From Lingula anatina (lineage: Eukaryota > Animalia > Brachiopoda), in the NCBI GenBank assembly GCA_051362555.1, contig CM120643.1, forward strand, positions 7,688,001 to 7,752,000: a DNA stretch of 64,000 nucleotides, read 5' to 3'. Shown here in pieces: positions 62,880 through 64,000 of the stretch (positions within the stretch are counted from its first letter, which is position 1; each line of letters begins with the position of its first letter). A model generated the notes under the pieces. The model did not search any database and was not told the DNA's origin. It saw nothing but the letters and a program-made list of their open reading frames with translations. The position numbers and the translations under genes were made by a program.

Positions 62880-64000
62880 TGGGCACTGTAGAAAACATAT
62901 AACAGCTAAAGCTCTCAAAATAAGCACATATGTGTGATATCATGTGAAGAATAAGTTCTGTAAATTTCAATCCAAGCAGTTGAGTACATTTTGAGACAGA
63001 ACGCTTTAAATGTGCAGCAAACCGTAACGCTAATCCCTTCAAGATCTCGACGAAAACCGAAAGTGCGTCATGACGTCACTCGCTTGTACTTGGAAAGCTG
63101 CTGGGTGATTTTCCGATGAGAAATATTTCGTGGCTTATACAAATGTTCGGAAAATGACCATGCAGATAAAAGAAAATTCACTAATCAAAATTGAAACTGC
63201 GTAATTACATAGAAAAGCATTGTGCATTCCTGACCTCGACTTCTCAGTGTAAACAAAGTGTACTGAACGCATCGCAAGCAAGCACGTGAATGCCGCGTTT
63301 GATACTTTGTATCAGACGCTTCATTTTACTTGACAACACAGTGTTTACGATGGGCTGACAGGAAAAACAGTGCAAAAACACGCATTTCCGGTTTTCGTCG
63401 ATTTCTTGAAGGGCGAGTCTATATATCAGTCTGTCCGCAGATTCCGAGCTGCGCGTGCACACTGTCTGAAGCGACGGCCATTTTCGCACTACTTTCAGCA
63501 AAATCGAGTGAAAATGGACGACTTTTGAGCTCTTCGTATTTTCATGTGTATTTTTGTCAACAGTTGGTGTGATTAAACGATATATATATAAAAAGAAGCG
63601 GGAATATCTAAGGATTCGGAATTTTAAGGTTAGTTGTCATAAAAAATAGATTCAGAACGGTAAAATGGAAGATTTATCCACGCGGGTGATTGCAAATGGT
63701 GTCCCGTTTCAGGTGTCCGAAATTTTCTATTTAAAGATTTCTATTAGAAGTTTAAATTGTACAAATTTTTAAAAACTAAATCATGAAAGCTTGTTAAACT
63801 GGCTTTCTGGCAGTATATATATATTGAAGATTCAGCTTTGTCCATTTTTTTTAGCGCGAGGTGAACTCGACGCCAAGCACTCGCATTTTTGAAGCGTGAA
63901 ACACTAGGGTGTTTCAATTTAAACAAAATTGCTACAATGTTGAAATCACCAGCGTTTTATATATATTCTAAAAGGTAAACAAGTGTGCTTTGTGTTGATA
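62880..64000. mobile_element. Possible non-autonomous DNA transposon (Kolobok-like), running off the window
   Basis: CpG-rich core with tgacgtca. Flanking aaatttcaatc...ttttgaga and aaggtaaacaagtgtgctttgtgttgata blocks resemble Kolobok subterminal sequence. No TIR pair or TSD could be confirmed. Confidence 0.3.

Overview
This is AT-rich animal genomic DNA, probably from a marine invertebrate (inferred from spliceosomal GT-AG introns, LRP2-like exons and the transposon repertoire). It is not prokaryotic, and most ORFs in the supplied track are spurious. I found no intact host gene. (1) 1-31 kb is a mosaic of decayed mobile-element pieces: an open HUH Rep-endonuclease ORF (CRESS/parvo-like motifs I-III) cut off by an EnSpm/CACTA transposase fragment; remnants resembling DUF6729, SWIM, Academ, LINE and P/THAP9 proteins; a Gypsy pol fragment joined directly to an intronless TatD nuclease; a spliced Ginger integrase-PHD element interrupted by a 935-bp foldback with an 8-bp TSD; and a hAT-like element with a 5-bp TSD. 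(2) 40.6-60.6 kb holds a disabled, internally deleted LRP2/megalin-like gene on the minus strand. Two of its exon-intron junctions have been amplified into tandem arrays, and one array is split by nested insertions of Helentron-associated elements, an EnSpm MITE and a hAT MITE. All family calls come from motifs recognised by eye, not from database searches. Coordinates of degraded remnants are approximate.
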